In this document: positions 22,682 to 32,517 of the stretch, piece by piece
Layout of the letters: each line of letters begins with the position of its first letter
Numbering within the stretch: the first letter of the stretch is position 1
Translations under genes and position numbers: made by a program
Origin: Candidatus Spongiisociaceae bacterium
Lineage (GTDB): Bacteria > Actinomycetota > Acidimicrobiia > Spongiisociales > Spongiisociaceae
DNA length: 64,000 nucleotides
Assembly: GCA_965262915.1 (NCBI GenBank)
Contig: OZ253564.1
Span: 3,072,001-3,136,000, forward strand
Direction: 5' to 3'
Notes under the pieces: generated by a model
Database searches by the model: none
Told to the model about the DNA's origin: nothing
Seen by the model: the letters and a program-made list of their open reading frames with translations, nothing else

Positions 22682-23078
22682 CTAGGAGACATCCCAATGG
22701 GTTGCCCCATCATCGTCCTGCCTCCGGGAAAGGCTGGATTGATCCAGGAGGGTGGTCAAGGCCCCCGGTTGGCCCGGCGGTCGGTGAGAGACTGCCGCAT
22801 CAGCGGACGACGGGCCAACCATGTAGCCTTTTCTGAGCACACTCCTAGGATGGCAGTGGTTCTCGTTGACGCCCGACCGTTCCCGACCGGCGTACTGGTC
22901 TTCGATCTCGATCCCGGCTTGCTCGACGGAGGTTCACCGGGCCCGGGCCCGATACCGGGTCTCCCAATCTCCTAGGAGGGTGGTATAGGACCCCTACACG
23001 GCCCGTCGACCGATGAACGAGTGTGCCTCCGGAGGCAGGCGGACCGTTGTTCCCCATCGTCTTACAGCCGTCTCCTAC
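22682..23078. mobile_element. Tandem cluster of four CTAG/CCAG-delimited MITE-like modules (incl. family A 22744-22848 and family C 22972-23078)
   Basis: Junctions CTAG 22682, CCAG 22744, CTAG 22845, CTAG 22972 and CTAC 23075; the family A and C modules are homologous to copies elsewhere in the window. Confidence 0.7.
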
Positions 23079-23182
23079 GTAGCCACCCTCACGTGCCTGC
23101 GTCCGTCCGAACGGGTGGGTCGGCACTCGACCCCGATCCGTCCACTGCTGGAACGCTTCCGCCGAGAGCACTCCACCGGGTC

Positions 23183-23842
23183 GTGAGATCCACCGGGCTG
23201 CTGCTGGCGCTGGCCCTGCTAGTCGGGGCCTGTGCGCCATCGTCGCCCGAAGCCGCCGATCCGTTCGATTCGGTGGCACTACTCCGCGGCCGCGTGTGCG
23301 GGAGGGACATGGTGGGAGGCGTGGTGGTAGGACCGGGCCTGCTCGTGACGGTCGCGCACAACGTCGCGGGATCGCAGGGCGGCCTCAACGCCACCTTCGA
23401 GGACGGGCTCGAGCACCCGGTGACCTTGGTGGGCATCGACGTCGACCGCGATCTGGCGCTGCTGTCCGCCCCGACCGTCCGGCATCCTTCGATCTTGCTT
23501 GCGCATCCGACCCCCGGCGAGAATGGGCGGATCATCCGCCTGCGGGGCCAAGCCAAGCGAGCCGAGGTGCTCTTCACGGATGCCGAACCGGTGACCGCGG
23601 TAGGTCGGAACCTCTATGACGAGGAGAGCACGGCGCGGAGAGAGAACGTCCGGGTGCGCGCCGAGGCGGGGGCCGGCTACTCGGGCAGCCCCGTTCTCAA
23701 CTCCGACGACCATATGACCGGACTGGTGTACGCCACAGCCCGGCTGGAGGACATGACCTACGCCAACGCATCCGCGGAGGTCGAGTCGTTCTTGGCGGCA
23801 TCCGATCCGACCACCGAGGCTAACCCGGGCCACTGTCCCTGA
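23183..23842 (+). CDS. Trypsin-like serine protease lipoprotein (MarP-like protease domain)
   Basis: Lipobox LVGAC; triad TVAHNV / DLALL / GYSGSP; start approximate. Confidence 0.8.
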   Translation: MRSTGLLLALALLVGACAPSSPEAADPFDSVALLRGRVCGRDMVGGVVVGPGLLVTVAHNVAGSQGGLNATFEDGLEHPVTLVGIDVDRDLALLSAPTVRHPSILLAHPTPGENGRIIRLRGQAKRAEVLFTDAEPVTAVGRNLYDEESTARRENVRVRAEAGAGYSGSPVLNSDDHMTGLVYATARLEDMTYANASAEVESFLAASDPTTEANPGHCP

Positions 23843-23876
23843 GCCGGTTGCTAGTTGTCAGTTCTCAGTAGTCATC

Positions 23877-24024
23877 GGAGGATGCGCGGGTAGGCGAATC
23901 GCGACCGTCCCTGCTGAACAGCCTGTCCGACTCCGGCTCTAAAAACCCCTGGTTCTCGCTGTGAACTCATCAACCGACGCAAGAGGTGTCTTCCCAAGGT
24001 GAGCACCTAACCGCGCATCCTCTT
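23877..24024 (+). mobile_element. MITE family B
   Basis: GAGGATGCGCGGGTAGG...CCTAACCGCGCATCCTC terminal inverted repeats; homolog of 8633-8779. Confidence 0.82.
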
Positions 24025-24096
24025 GACGAGCCGCCCGCAGCTTGGAAACCACAACCGGCAACCAACCACCGGCAACCTGCAAGTAGCATCAGCCGG

Positions 24097-25251
24097 GTGT
24101 CGCCCTCCCCCTCTCGAATACCTCGCCTGATCGTGCTCGCCTACATCGCGACGCTGGCTATAGGCATAGGGGTGATCTTCTCACTCTTGGCAGAGATACA
24201 GGACCGCTACGGTTTCCCGACCTGGTCGTTGGGCCTCCTGGCCGGTATCCCCTTCGCTATGACCCTCTTCGGCAACATCTGGCTGACCCCGCTGGCCGAC
24301 CGAGGGTGGGAGGTACGGCTGGTCACATTGGGCTGCGCGCTGCTGGTGGCGTCCCTGGTCTGGATGATCTTCGCCACCGCTCTGTGGCAATGGGTGGCGG
24401 CGAGAGCGCTCATGGGACTCGCCGAAGGTGTCTCCGTAGGGGCGTGCCGGCGGATCATGATGAGTTGGGATCAGGACCGCCCTGGGCGAGCGCTGAGCAA
24501 TGTCATGGTGGCGATGATCGGTGGGATCCTGCTCGGTCCTCCCCTCGGGGGAGTGCTGAACGAGATCAACCATGTCCTTCCATTCCTGGTTCCGGCCGCG
24601 GTGGGCCTCCTGGTGCTCTTCCTTCTCCCGATGGTCCGACCCGCCGCGGAGTTCCAGCGAACACCCGCCCGGCTCTCCCGGCGCCGCCTGACTGCCATCC
24701 CGGGCTTCGCCTCCGGCTTGCTGCTCGCCGCTTCGAACTGGCTCTACATCGGGGTCATCGATGCGATCTGGGCCCGCTACATGACCGACCTCGGGGCGCG
24801 GCCGGTGGTCGTGGGTCTCGGGTTTCTGATCATCGCTCTTCCGACCGTGGTGCTCACACCGATCGGCGGTCGGTTGGCCGATCGCACCAACCCGGTGCGG
24901 CTCGCTCTGGTAGCCGCGGTCGGAGGACTCCCGCTGGTAGCGGCGTACGGGCTCGTCGGCGGGATACCTGCCCTGCTGGTCGTAGGGGCGTTGCACTCGG
25001 CATTCTGGGCCTTCGTGACCCTTCCGGGCCAGGCTGCGGTCGCCAAGGTAGCGCCCCCGGGCCAGGCGGCGGAGGCTCAGGGTCTCGTGGAGGTCTACGG
25101 GCTTACTCTGGCTGCCGTAGGAGCGTTCGCGGCGGCGCCTATCTACGAAGCCGCCGGTCCGACGGCGCTCTTTCTGATCACCGCCGCCGCCCTGGCGATC
25201 ACGCCCCTCGCCGTGTTCATCCGCCGGGACATATGGCTGCGGGCCTTCTGA
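24097..25251 (+). CDS. MFS transporter
   Basis: About 12 hydrophobic segments, LADRG and GRLADR loop motifs; leaderless TAGCAT-N7-GTG start. Confidence 0.88.
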   Translation: MSPSPSRIPRLIVLAYIATLAIGIGVIFSLLAEIQDRYGFPTWSLGLLAGIPFAMTLFGNIWLTPLADRGWEVRLVTLGCALLVASLVWMIFATALWQWVAARALMGLAEGVSVGACRRIMMSWDQDRPGRALSNVMVAMIGGILLGPPLGGVLNEINHVLPFLVPAAVGLLVLFLLPMVRPAAEFQRTPARLSRRRLTAIPGFASGLLLAASNWLYIGVIDAIWARYMTDLGARPVVVGLGFLIIALPTVVLTPIGGRLADRTNPVRLALVAAVGGLPLVAAYGLVGGIPALLVVGALHSAFWAFVTLPGQAAVAKVAPPGQAAEAQGLVEVYGLTLAAVGAFAAAPIYEAAGPTALFLITAAALAITPLAVFIRRDIWLRAF

Positions 25252-25577
25252 AGAACCGGGTGGGCAGGACTCGGAGTGAGAGGGCGGAACGGGCCGATGC
25301 CGCGCGGGCCCGTAGGTCGCCTGCCCGGGGGCAGTCCGGTAGTCGATCGAAGATGCCACCCGGTATTGTGTCGGATGCCAAGTGTCAACCGGTGCGGCAC
25401 AAGCAAGAGACCGGCATCTGACCGGAATCCATGTCCTGGCCGGTCGATCCGATACGCGCCCGGTCAGAAGGAGACCACTGACGATGACGATTGCCTCGAT
25501 CCCCCGACGGCCCGTCTCCACCGCCGGCCTTGTCCGGGCGAGCTACCGGTGCCCTGACAGGTCCGCTTCCAAACGGG

Positions 25578-26471
25578 GTGCGCGCCGTGGTCGCCGTTGA
25601 CGTAGCGGTCCGCGCCGGTGCTCTCCTCGGTGAGTGCCCGCTGTGGAGTCCCGAGGAAGCGGTGCTGTACTGGGAGGACATCGACGGTCGGTTGGTGCAC
25701 CGTTACGACCCGGCCACCGGCATGGACGAAACCCGCGAGGTCCCGGGACGCCCCGGATCGATGGTTCGTACCACCCGACCCGGAAGACTCCTGATCGCAG
25801 CCGAGACCGAATTGGTCTGGTTCGACTGGGACACCGGCGCCACGACTCCGTGGGTGACCCTCGAGCCGGACGGCACGGGCAACCGGATGAACGACGGCCG
25901 GACGGATCCCGTCGGGCGCTTCTGGGTCGGATCGATGTACCAGCGGGCATCCGACGAGCGGTACACCGGCAGCCTGTACCGGATCGAGGGGGACGGATCC
26001 TTCACGGTCACCCGCCGGCGGATCGGAGTCCCCAACGCCTTGGCCTTCGATCCCGCACGGGAACGGATGTACTTCGCGGATTCCTTGGCAGGTGCCGTCT
26101 TGAGCTACGACTACGACCTGGAGACCGGGATCGCTCGTAACGAGGCCGTTTTTGCCGACTTCACCGACCTCCCCGGACGGCCCGACGGAGCGTGTGTCGA
26201 TGCCGAGGGTTGCTACTGGGTGGCAGCCGTCCACGGCGGGGCCGTGCTGCGGTTCACTCCCGACGGTGTAGTTGACCGCAGGATCGACATGCCGGTCACC
26301 AAGCCCTCGATGACGGCCTTCGGGGGGTCCGATCTGGGGACTCTGTTCGTAACCTCGATCGGTGGTGGCGGCAGCCATCCACTGGCAGCCGATGAACCCC
26401 GAGCGGGTGACCTGTTCGCGATAGACCCCGGTGTCACCGGCATGCCCGATGCCCCGTTTGCCGGTCTCTGA
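25578..26471 (+). CDS. SMP-30/gluconolactonase family protein
   Basis: LGECPLW, RMNDGRTDPVGRFWVGSM, PNALAF, PDGACVDAEG, FGGSDL; start approximate. Confidence 0.92.
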   Translation: MRAVVAVDVAVRAGALLGECPLWSPEEAVLYWEDIDGRLVHRYDPATGMDETREVPGRPGSMVRTTRPGRLLIAAETELVWFDWDTGATTPWVTLEPDGTGNRMNDGRTDPVGRFWVGSMYQRASDERYTGSLYRIEGDGSFTVTRRRIGVPNALAFDPARERMYFADSLAGAVLSYDYDLETGIARNEAVFADFTDLPGRPDGACVDAEGCYWVAAVHGGAVLRFTPDGVVDRRIDMPVTKPSMTAFGGSDLGTLFVTSIGGGGSHPLAADEPRAGDLFAIDPGVTGMPDAPFAGL

Positions 26472-26538
26472 AGTCCGGGCCTTCCGAACCCGCGCCCAGG
26501 ATCGTTACCATCCTCCCACCGCATAGGGAGGTGTCGAG

Positions 26539-27519
26539 ATGGCGCACCGAATCTGGTTCGAACGCAAGGTCATTGCCGATCTCAGGCCCTATATCCCTCC
26601 ATCGGTGGAGATGCTGGGCCCCAGCCGCCCCGACAACGTGCACGCCGGGATCGAGACGGCCCGAGCAGCGATAGCAGCGAGGTTACGTTACGACGACCGC
26701 CTCTTCGATCTGGCGCCGGATCTGGTGGCGATCTGCCGCACCGGAATCGGGTGTGATGCCATCGACTTCGAAGCCGCCATGCGGCGGGGCGTAGCGATCT
26801 GCAACGTTCCGGACGGACCAACGGTCTCCACCGCGGAGCACGCGGTGGCGCTCATGCTGGCCACCGCGAAACGGGTGATCCAGTCGGGAAACCGGCTCCG
26901 CAACGCCCGAGGCAACTACTACGCGTCGCACCGAGCGTTCGAGTTGGACGGCAAGACATTGGGCCTCGTCGGGTTCGGCAGGATCGCCCGGCGCGTCGCC
27001 ACCATCGGTAGCGGCTTCGGTATGAAGATCCTGGCCTACGATCCTTATCTCGCCGACGACGCATTCCCACCGCCGGTGGTCCGGGCGCCGACTCTCGACG
27101 AGTTGCTCGCCCGCAGCGACGTGGTATCGGTTCACGTGCCTATGACCCCGGGCAATGCCCGGATGTTCGACGAAGATGCGTTCGCGAGGATGAGGCAGGG
27201 ATCGGTGTTCGTGAACGCTGCGCGGGGCGGCCTCGTCGATCAGGAAGCCCTGCTGGACGCGTTGGATTCCGGCCACCTGTTCGGTGCGGGGCTCGATGTG
27301 ACCGATCCCGAGCCGCTCGACCCCGGCCACCCGCTGCTGCACCGGCCGAACGTGACCGTAACCCCCCACATCGCAGCGGCAACGAGCGAGGCCCGGGTGC
27401 GCATGTTCAAGTTCGCCGTCGAGCAGGCGTTGATGGTGATCGAGGGGCGTAGACCCCCACATCTCGTCAACCCCGACGCCTGGGGTCGCGTACTCGCCCG
27501 GCTGGAACAACAGGGATGA
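26539..27519 (+). CDS. D-isomer-specific 2-hydroxyacid dehydrogenase
   Basis: GLVGFGRIA, VNAARGGLVD, GAGLDVTDPEP, TPHIA. Confidence 0.93.
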   Translation: MAHRIWFERKVIADLRPYIPPSVEMLGPSRPDNVHAGIETARAAIAARLRYDDRLFDLAPDLVAICRTGIGCDAIDFEAAMRRGVAICNVPDGPTVSTAEHAVALMLATAKRVIQSGNRLRNARGNYYASHRAFELDGKTLGLVGFGRIARRVATIGSGFGMKILAYDPYLADDAFPPPVVRAPTLDELLARSDVVSVHVPMTPGNARMFDEDAFARMRQGSVFVNAARGGLVDQEALLDALDSGHLFGAGLDVTDPEPLDPGHPLLHRPNVTVTPHIAAATSEARVRMFKFAVEQALMVIEGRRPPHLVNPDAWGRVLARLEQQG

Positions 27520-28688
27520 AAAGAAGGCTCCGGATCGGCCTCGTCGGTTTCGGATGGATGGGCCAGGCCCACTCCCGCTCGTACATCTCGATCCCCCTCT
27601 ACTTCCCGGAGGCGCCCTTCCGGCCGGTTCTCGCCGCGGTGGCCGAAACCATCCCCGAGCGGGTGCGCCGGGCTGTCGAGGACTTCGGGTACCGAGCCGG
27701 GACCTCCGACTGGCGGGAACTGGTGGACCGACCCGACCTCGACATCATCGACATCACCGCTCCCAACGCCATGCACCAGGAGGTCGCGGAGGCGGCCGCG
27801 GCAGCCGGGAAGCACATCTTCTGCGAGAAGCCGGTGGGGATATCCACGGATGCCACCGCCCGGATCGAGTTAGCCGCCCGGCGGGCCGGGGTGATTACCG
27901 GGTGCGGCTACAACTACCGGTGGGCGCCGCTGGTCCGTTACGCAAAGCAGTTGATCGAGGAGGGCCGGGTGGGTACCCCAACGCACTACCGGGGCCGTTT
28001 CTTCAGTATGTACGGCAGAGACCGGCTCGGGTTGCTCACCTGGCGGTTCCTCCAGGAGGCGGCCGGCCACGGCGCTCTGACCGACATCATGTCCCATGCC
28101 ATCGACATGGCCCAGTTCCTCTACGGACCGATCCGTAGGGTGGTGGCGACCCGGGAGACTTTCGTGGTGGAACGCCCTCTCCCCACCGGGACGGGAACGC
28201 ACTACGACCGCGGCTCACCCGTCGATCCGACCGGGAAGGTGACCAACGAGGACTACGTGGGCGCGCTGGTCCAGTTCGCCAACGGGGCAAGAGGAACCCT
28301 TGAGGCCGACCGCTCGATCTTCGGACCGCAGTGCCAGCTGGCGTTCGAGTTGAACGGATCGAAGGGCGCCATCTCGTGGGACCACGAGAAGCTCAACCAG
28401 CTACGCCTCTACCTGCCGGAGGAGCAGCCCGACGACGGTTTCATCGAGGTCCTGGCGGGTGACAAGTTCTACCGCCAGGCGAACCTGGTTCCGGGCGGCG
28501 GCAACTCGATCGGGTTCGAGGACCTGAAGATCCTGGAGGCGTACGAGTTTCTCTGCTCGGTGGCGTCCGGGACGCCCCACGAGCCGGGCTTCGCGACGGC
28601 AGTCGCCAACGCCTCCGTGGCTGCCGCGATGATCCGCTCGTGGACATCGGAGCGGTGGGAAGACGTAGAGTCCGTGCGTATCGATTGA
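27516..28688 (+). CDS. Gfo/Idh/MocA oxidoreductase (inositol dehydrogenase-like)
   Basis: IGLVGFGWMGQAHS, KHIFCEKP, GALTDIMSHAID. Confidence 0.92.
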   Translation: MKRRLRIGLVGFGWMGQAHSRSYISIPLYFPEAPFRPVLAAVAETIPERVRRAVEDFGYRAGTSDWRELVDRPDLDIIDITAPNAMHQEVAEAAAAAGKHIFCEKPVGISTDATARIELAARRAGVITGCGYNYRWAPLVRYAKQLIEEGRVGTPTHYRGRFFSMYGRDRLGLLTWRFLQEAAGHGALTDIMSHAIDMAQFLYGPIRRVVATRETFVVERPLPTGTGTHYDRGSPVDPTGKVTNEDYVGALVQFANGARGTLEADRSIFGPQCQLAFELNGSKGAISWDHEKLNQLRLYLPEEQPDDGFIEVLAGDKFYRQANLVPGGGNSIGFEDLKILEAYEFLCSVASGTPHEPGFATAVANASVAAAMIRSWTSERWEDVESVRID

Positions 28689-28748
28689 CGACGCGCCGAC
28701 GAGGTGACCCATGGCACCTTGTTGACGGGAATGCAATAGGAGACACGA

Positions 28749-28976
28749 ATGGAGACCGTCCGGCTTACGACCGCCCACGCCAACCGTCTTCCTCTGCTCA
28801 TTCTCTCGGGTGACACCTTCCAGCATCGGATCGTCGACCCGGTGCTCCAGCAGATCGAGGTGTTCGAGGATCCGACCGTCACCGTTTGCGACACCTTCAA
28901 GCCGGTCAGCTGCTAATGGGACCGCATTACCCGACCCGAGCAGGTAATCCGGTCGCTACCGCCTATGAGCACTGCT
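28749..28976 (+). pseudogene. iolD: IolD (trihydroxycyclohexane-1,2-dione hydrolase) remnant
   Basis: After an AGGAG RBS: METVRLTTAHA-NRLPLLILSGDTF...DPVLQQIE...FKPVSC*WDRITRPEQ. Shows an internal deletion, TAA at 28914, and truncation at the MITE. Confidence 0.8.
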
Positions 28977-29083
28977 GTAGGAGGGCGGTCGAAAACGGTG
29001 GGAAGCAACGGCCCGTCTTCCTCTGAACTGGCATCATGTCATCGGTCGACGGGCCGTGAAGGGGTTTCACACCCCCCTCCTAG
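28977..29083 (+). mobile_element. MITE family C, full length
   Basis: GTAG-GAGGGCGGTC...CACACCCCCCTC-CTAG; reverse-complement homolog of 22972-23078. Confidence 0.8.
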
Positions 29084-29109
29084 AGGCCGGTAACCAAAGG
29101 AGGTAGAGG

Positions 29110-29916
29110 ATGGGACGTTTCAGCGGCAAGGTAGCGCTCGTCACCGGGAGCACGCAGGGTCTCGGCGAGGGCGTCGCGGAACGGTTCGTCGAGGAGGGAC
29201 TCGCCGGGCTCGTCGTAACAGGGCGCAACTCCGAGCGAGGCGATGCCGTCGCGAGCCGTTTGGCGGACGGAGGCTGCCGGACCGTATTCGTCCCGGCCGA
29301 CCTCGCCGAGCCAGAGGGGCCCGCCGGGCTCATCGAAGCCACTGACCGGAACTTCGGCCGCCTGGACATCCTCGTGAACGCGGCCGGAGACTCGCACCGG
29401 GGAACGATCGAGGACACCGGTATAGAGCTGTTCGATCACCTCATGGCCGTGAACGTCCGGGCACCGTTCATGTTGATGCAGGGCGCCATCCGTATCATGC
29501 GACGGGAAGGCATCGAGGGCTCCATCATCAACATCGCATCGGTGGCGTCCCACGGCGGCCCGCCCTACCTGACCGCCTACGCGACCAGCAAAGGAGCGCT
29601 GGTGGTGCTGACCCGTAACGTCGCCCATTCGGTGGCCTGGGACCGCATCCGGGTGAACGCATTGAGCATCGGCTGGATGGACAGCCCGGCCGAACACATG
29701 ATTCGGGAGCGTTTCCACGGGGGCGATCCGCAATGGTTGGAGAAGGCGGAGGAGAGCCAACCGTTCGGACGGCTCCTCAAGACCCATGAAGTCGCCAAGG
29801 CGGTCGCGTTCCTCGCGTCGGACGACTCGGGAATGATGACCGGAGCGGCGGTGGACTTCAACCAGATCGTCGTGGGCCCCGAACCGGGACCGGCTCACCG
29901 CCCCTCCCACCGGTGA
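29110..29916 (+). CDS. Short-chain dehydrogenase/reductase
   Basis: TGSTQGLG, LVNAAG, YATSK, IRVNAL. Confidence 0.93.
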   Translation: MGRFSGKVALVTGSTQGLGEGVAERFVEEGLAGLVVTGRNSERGDAVASRLADGGCRTVFVPADLAEPEGPAGLIEATDRNFGRLDILVNAAGDSHRGTIEDTGIELFDHLMAVNVRAPFMLMQGAIRIMRREGIEGSIINIASVASHGGPPYLTAYATSKGALVVLTRNVAHSVAWDRIRVNALSIGWMDSPAEHMIRERFHGGDPQWLEKAEESQPFGRLLKTHEVAKAVAFLASDDSGMMTGAAVDFNQIVVGPEPGPAHRPSHR

Positions 29917-30117
29917 GCCTGCGAACGACACAGCCCGATGCGGCACTCCACGCCGGCCTGTCCGGGAGACATACTTCCTCGACTACCTGCCATCGGGGCC
30001 GGTGGGCGAGTAGCGGGGTCCGCGGCGCCTTCCTACCCGACCGCACCAGGATCCACGACGACCGGGGCACCGGTGCGATGAGCCTTCCGGACCCATGCGC
30101 GGAGGTTTGACAGGAGT

Positions 30118-31104
30118 ATGAGCGGAATCCCGACCGAGGCGCCCCCCGAGACCCTGGCATTCAACGCCGAGGTAGTGGCCCTCACGCGAAACTTGTCGCC
30201 CGCATGGGAAGTTGGCGTTTCGGAAGCGCGTCGGGTGAGAGAAGAAGGTCTGTCGATACTCGGCCCCCGGATCCTGTCTCCCATAGCGTCCGACCGCATG
30301 ATCGACGGAGCAGGCGGACCCATCCGCCTGCGGGTGATAGCTCCCGAGGGCGAGCCACGAGGGATCTTCCTGCATATCCACGGGGGAGGTTGGGTCTGGG
30401 GAGGTCCCCACCACCACGACCCCCTACTGGTGTCCCTGGCGGACGCCACGAGGCTGGTGGTGGTCTCGACGTCCTACCGTTTCGCTCCCGAGAACCCCTA
30501 CCCGGCAGGGCCCGATGACTGCGAGGAGGCGGCCCTGTGGTTATACCGCAACGGCCCTACGGAGTTGGGACAGGAACTCGTCGCGATCGGCGGGGAATCG
30601 GCAGGCGCCCATCTCGCCGCGGTGACCTGCCTACGCATGCGGGACCGGCACCGGCTCAGGCCTTTCGAGGTCGCGCTGCTCACCTACGGTTGCTATGACC
30701 TCCGCTGTACACCCTCCGTGAGGGCCTTCGGCGACCAGCCACTGATCCTCAACACCTCGTCAGTCCGGTGGTTCGTCGAGCAGTTCACCGGCAACCGGAA
30801 CCTGGAGGACCCGGACGTGTCGCCGATCTGGGCCGATCTCGCCGGTCTGCCGCCTGCTCTCTTCACCGTAGGTGGTCTGGATCCTATGCTGGACGACTCG
30901 TTGTTCATGTCCGCTCGGTGGCGGTCAGCGGGTAACGATGCCCGGCTCGACGTGTGGCCGGGCGCCATACACGCCTTCGACCTCTTCGATACCGCATACG
31001 GGCGAGCCGCCCGGGACCGGATGCACCGGTTCGTCAACTCGGTTCTGGGCGACGGCTCGGAAAGATGTCCAGGTCGCCTTGCTAACGGTCTGTCTGTGAA
31101 GTGA
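30118..31104 (+). CDS. HSL-family alpha/beta hydrolase (esterase)
   Basis: HIHGGGW, YRFAPE, GGESAG, DPMLDDS, HAF. Confidence 0.92.
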   Translation: MSGIPTEAPPETLAFNAEVVALTRNLSPAWEVGVSEARRVREEGLSILGPRILSPIASDRMIDGAGGPIRLRVIAPEGEPRGIFLHIHGGGWVWGGPHHHDPLLVSLADATRLVVVSTSYRFAPENPYPAGPDDCEEAALWLYRNGPTELGQELVAIGGESAGAHLAAVTCLRMRDRHRLRPFEVALLTYGCYDLRCTPSVRAFGDQPLILNTSSVRWFVEQFTGNRNLEDPDVSPIWADLAGLPPALFTVGGLDPMLDDSLFMSARWRSAGNDARLDVWPGAIHAFDLFDTAYGRAARDRMHRFVNSVLGDGSERCPGRLANGLSVK

Positions 31105-31246
31105 GCGCTTGGAATGTGTTGCAGAGCCGTTCCTCGCAAGGCCCACCGACGAGAGCGTGACCGGCAGCGGCATGGCGAGGAGTCGGAATGCGGCGGGGAT
31201 CGTCACCGACAAGCAGGATCGGGCGAATCGTCCTGCAGACAGACCA
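31086..31246. mobile_element. 161-bp MITE with GGTCTGTCTG terminal inverted repeats and CTAA target duplication
   Basis: CTAA|CGGTCTGTCTG...CAGACAGACCA|CTAA. Confidence 0.65.
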
Positions 31247-31289
31247 CTAAGGTCGGTCCCCCGACCCGTTGACGTAAGGAGAAGCCCGA

Positions 31290-32342
31290 ATGGACCTGTT
31301 GCCAGGCGTGGCAGCCTGCACTGTCACCACCAGCCGACTGCGTACCCACTACTACGAATATGGACCGGAGTCCGGGACTCCGGTGGTGATGATCCATGGG
31401 AACCTGTCAACCGGTCGCTTCTTCGAACATCTGTGGCCGGGGGCGCCGGACGGCTACCGGTTCATCGCTCCGGACATGCGTTCCTTCGGCCGCTCCGAAC
31501 CCAAACCTATAAACGCCACGAGAGGCCTCCGCGACTGGGCCGACGATACCCGGGCTTTGCTGGAGGAACTCGACATCCGGCAACCTCCCCACCTGGTCGG
31601 ATGGTCGACCGGCGGCGCCGCCATCGCCGCCTACGCGATGAAGCATCCGGTCGCCTCCCTGACCTTCATCGACCCCGTCTCACCCTACGGATATGGTGCC
31701 ACCCTCCGAGACGGCACGCCGTGCCAACCCGACTGGGCGGGTACCGGTGGTGGAACCGGGAACCCCGAGTTCACCGCCCGGCTGGCTTCCGGAGACCGGT
31801 CCGCCGACGACCCGGTGTCGCCTCGAAACGTGATGACCTCCTCCTACTGGTCGGCCGAATACCGCCTCCCGCCCGACCGGGAGGAGATCCTGGTGGACGA
31901 GGTCCTTCTCACCGTCACCGGCGACGACGGTTACCCCGGAGACCTGACACCTTCGGAGAACTGGCCCAATGTGGCGCCGGGAGTCCGGGGCATACTCAAC
32001 GCGCTCTCGGGCAAGTACTGCAACTGGTCGGGCCTGGTCGGTCTGGCCGGCAAGCCCCCCGTGCTGTGGACGCATGGCTCGGCCGACATCGTGGTGTCGG
32101 ACGGCTCGTTCTGGGAGATGGGCACCCTCGGCCAGATGGGTGTGATACCCGGCTGGCCGGGCGAGGACGCCTTCCCGCCCCAGCCCATGGTGTCCCAGAT
32201 CAGAGACATCCTCGATCAGTACTCCGAGGCGGGAGGCCGGGTGAAGACCGAGATCCTCGAAACCTCAGGCCACGGCCCCCACATCGACGCCGCCGACCGT
32301 TGGTCCGAGACCTTCTTCGCCTTCCTGGCCTCCATCGACTAG
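31290..32342 (+). CDS. Alpha/beta fold hydrolase
   Basis: MIHGNLS, APDMRSFGRS, VGWSTGG, SGHGPH. Confidence 0.9.
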   Translation: MDLLPGVAACTVTTSRLRTHYYEYGPESGTPVVMIHGNLSTGRFFEHLWPGAPDGYRFIAPDMRSFGRSEPKPINATRGLRDWADDTRALLEELDIRQPPHLVGWSTGGAAIAAYAMKHPVASLTFIDPVSPYGYGATLRDGTPCQPDWAGTGGGTGNPEFTARLASGDRSADDPVSPRNVMTSSYWSAEYRLPPDREEILVDEVLLTVTGDDGYPGDLTPSENWPNVAPGVRGILNALSGKYCNWSGLVGLAGKPPVLWTHGSADIVVSDGSFWEMGTLGQMGVIPGWPGEDAFPPQPMVSQIRDILDQYSEAGGRVKTEILETSGHGPHIDAADRWSETFFAFLASID

Positions 32343-32405
32343 GAGGGTGGTCCAAAACGGTGGGGAGCAACGGCCCGTCTTCCTCTGAACATGACACCCG
32401 CCTAT
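32339..32405 (+). mobile_element. MITE family C, internally deleted
   Basis: CTAGGAGGGTGGTCCAAAACGGTGGGGAGCAACGGCCCGTCTTCCTCTGAAC is nearly identical to the 28977 copy. Confidence 0.72.
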
Positions 32406-32443
32406 CGGGGATCCAGGTGTAGGCGAGAGCGGTACCGACGAAC

Positions 32444-32512
32444 GTGCAGACAGCGTATCTATAGATGTGCAGAAGCGGTATAGATAACTGTGCGAAAGTG
32501 GTAGTGTACATG
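32444..32512 (+). repeat. Three degenerate 23-bp tandem repeats upstream of the AAA ATPase gene
   Basis: GTGCAGACAGCGTA / GTGCAGAAGCGGTA / GTGCGAAAGTGGTA start at 32444, 32467 and 32490. Confidence 0.6.
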
Positions 32513-32517
32513 CTACT

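Noticed and set aside
21146-22975. Long alternative-frame or antisense ORFs (609 aa here; also 38484-40364, 55725-57662, 9095-10255)
   Set aside because: These are shadow ORFs of high-GC DNA opposite well-supported genes, with no recognisable motifs.
22682-23078. Possible CRISPR-like array (recurring CTAGGAG with variable interiors)
   Set aside because: The repeats are only 4-8 bp and inverted at module ends, spacing is irregular, the interiors match dispersed MITEs, and there are no cas genes.
25466-25600. Short ORF (MTIASIPRR...) after a strong AAGGAG RBS upstream of the SMP-30 gene
   Set aside because: It may be a gene remnant, but I cannot assign any homology, so it is not called.
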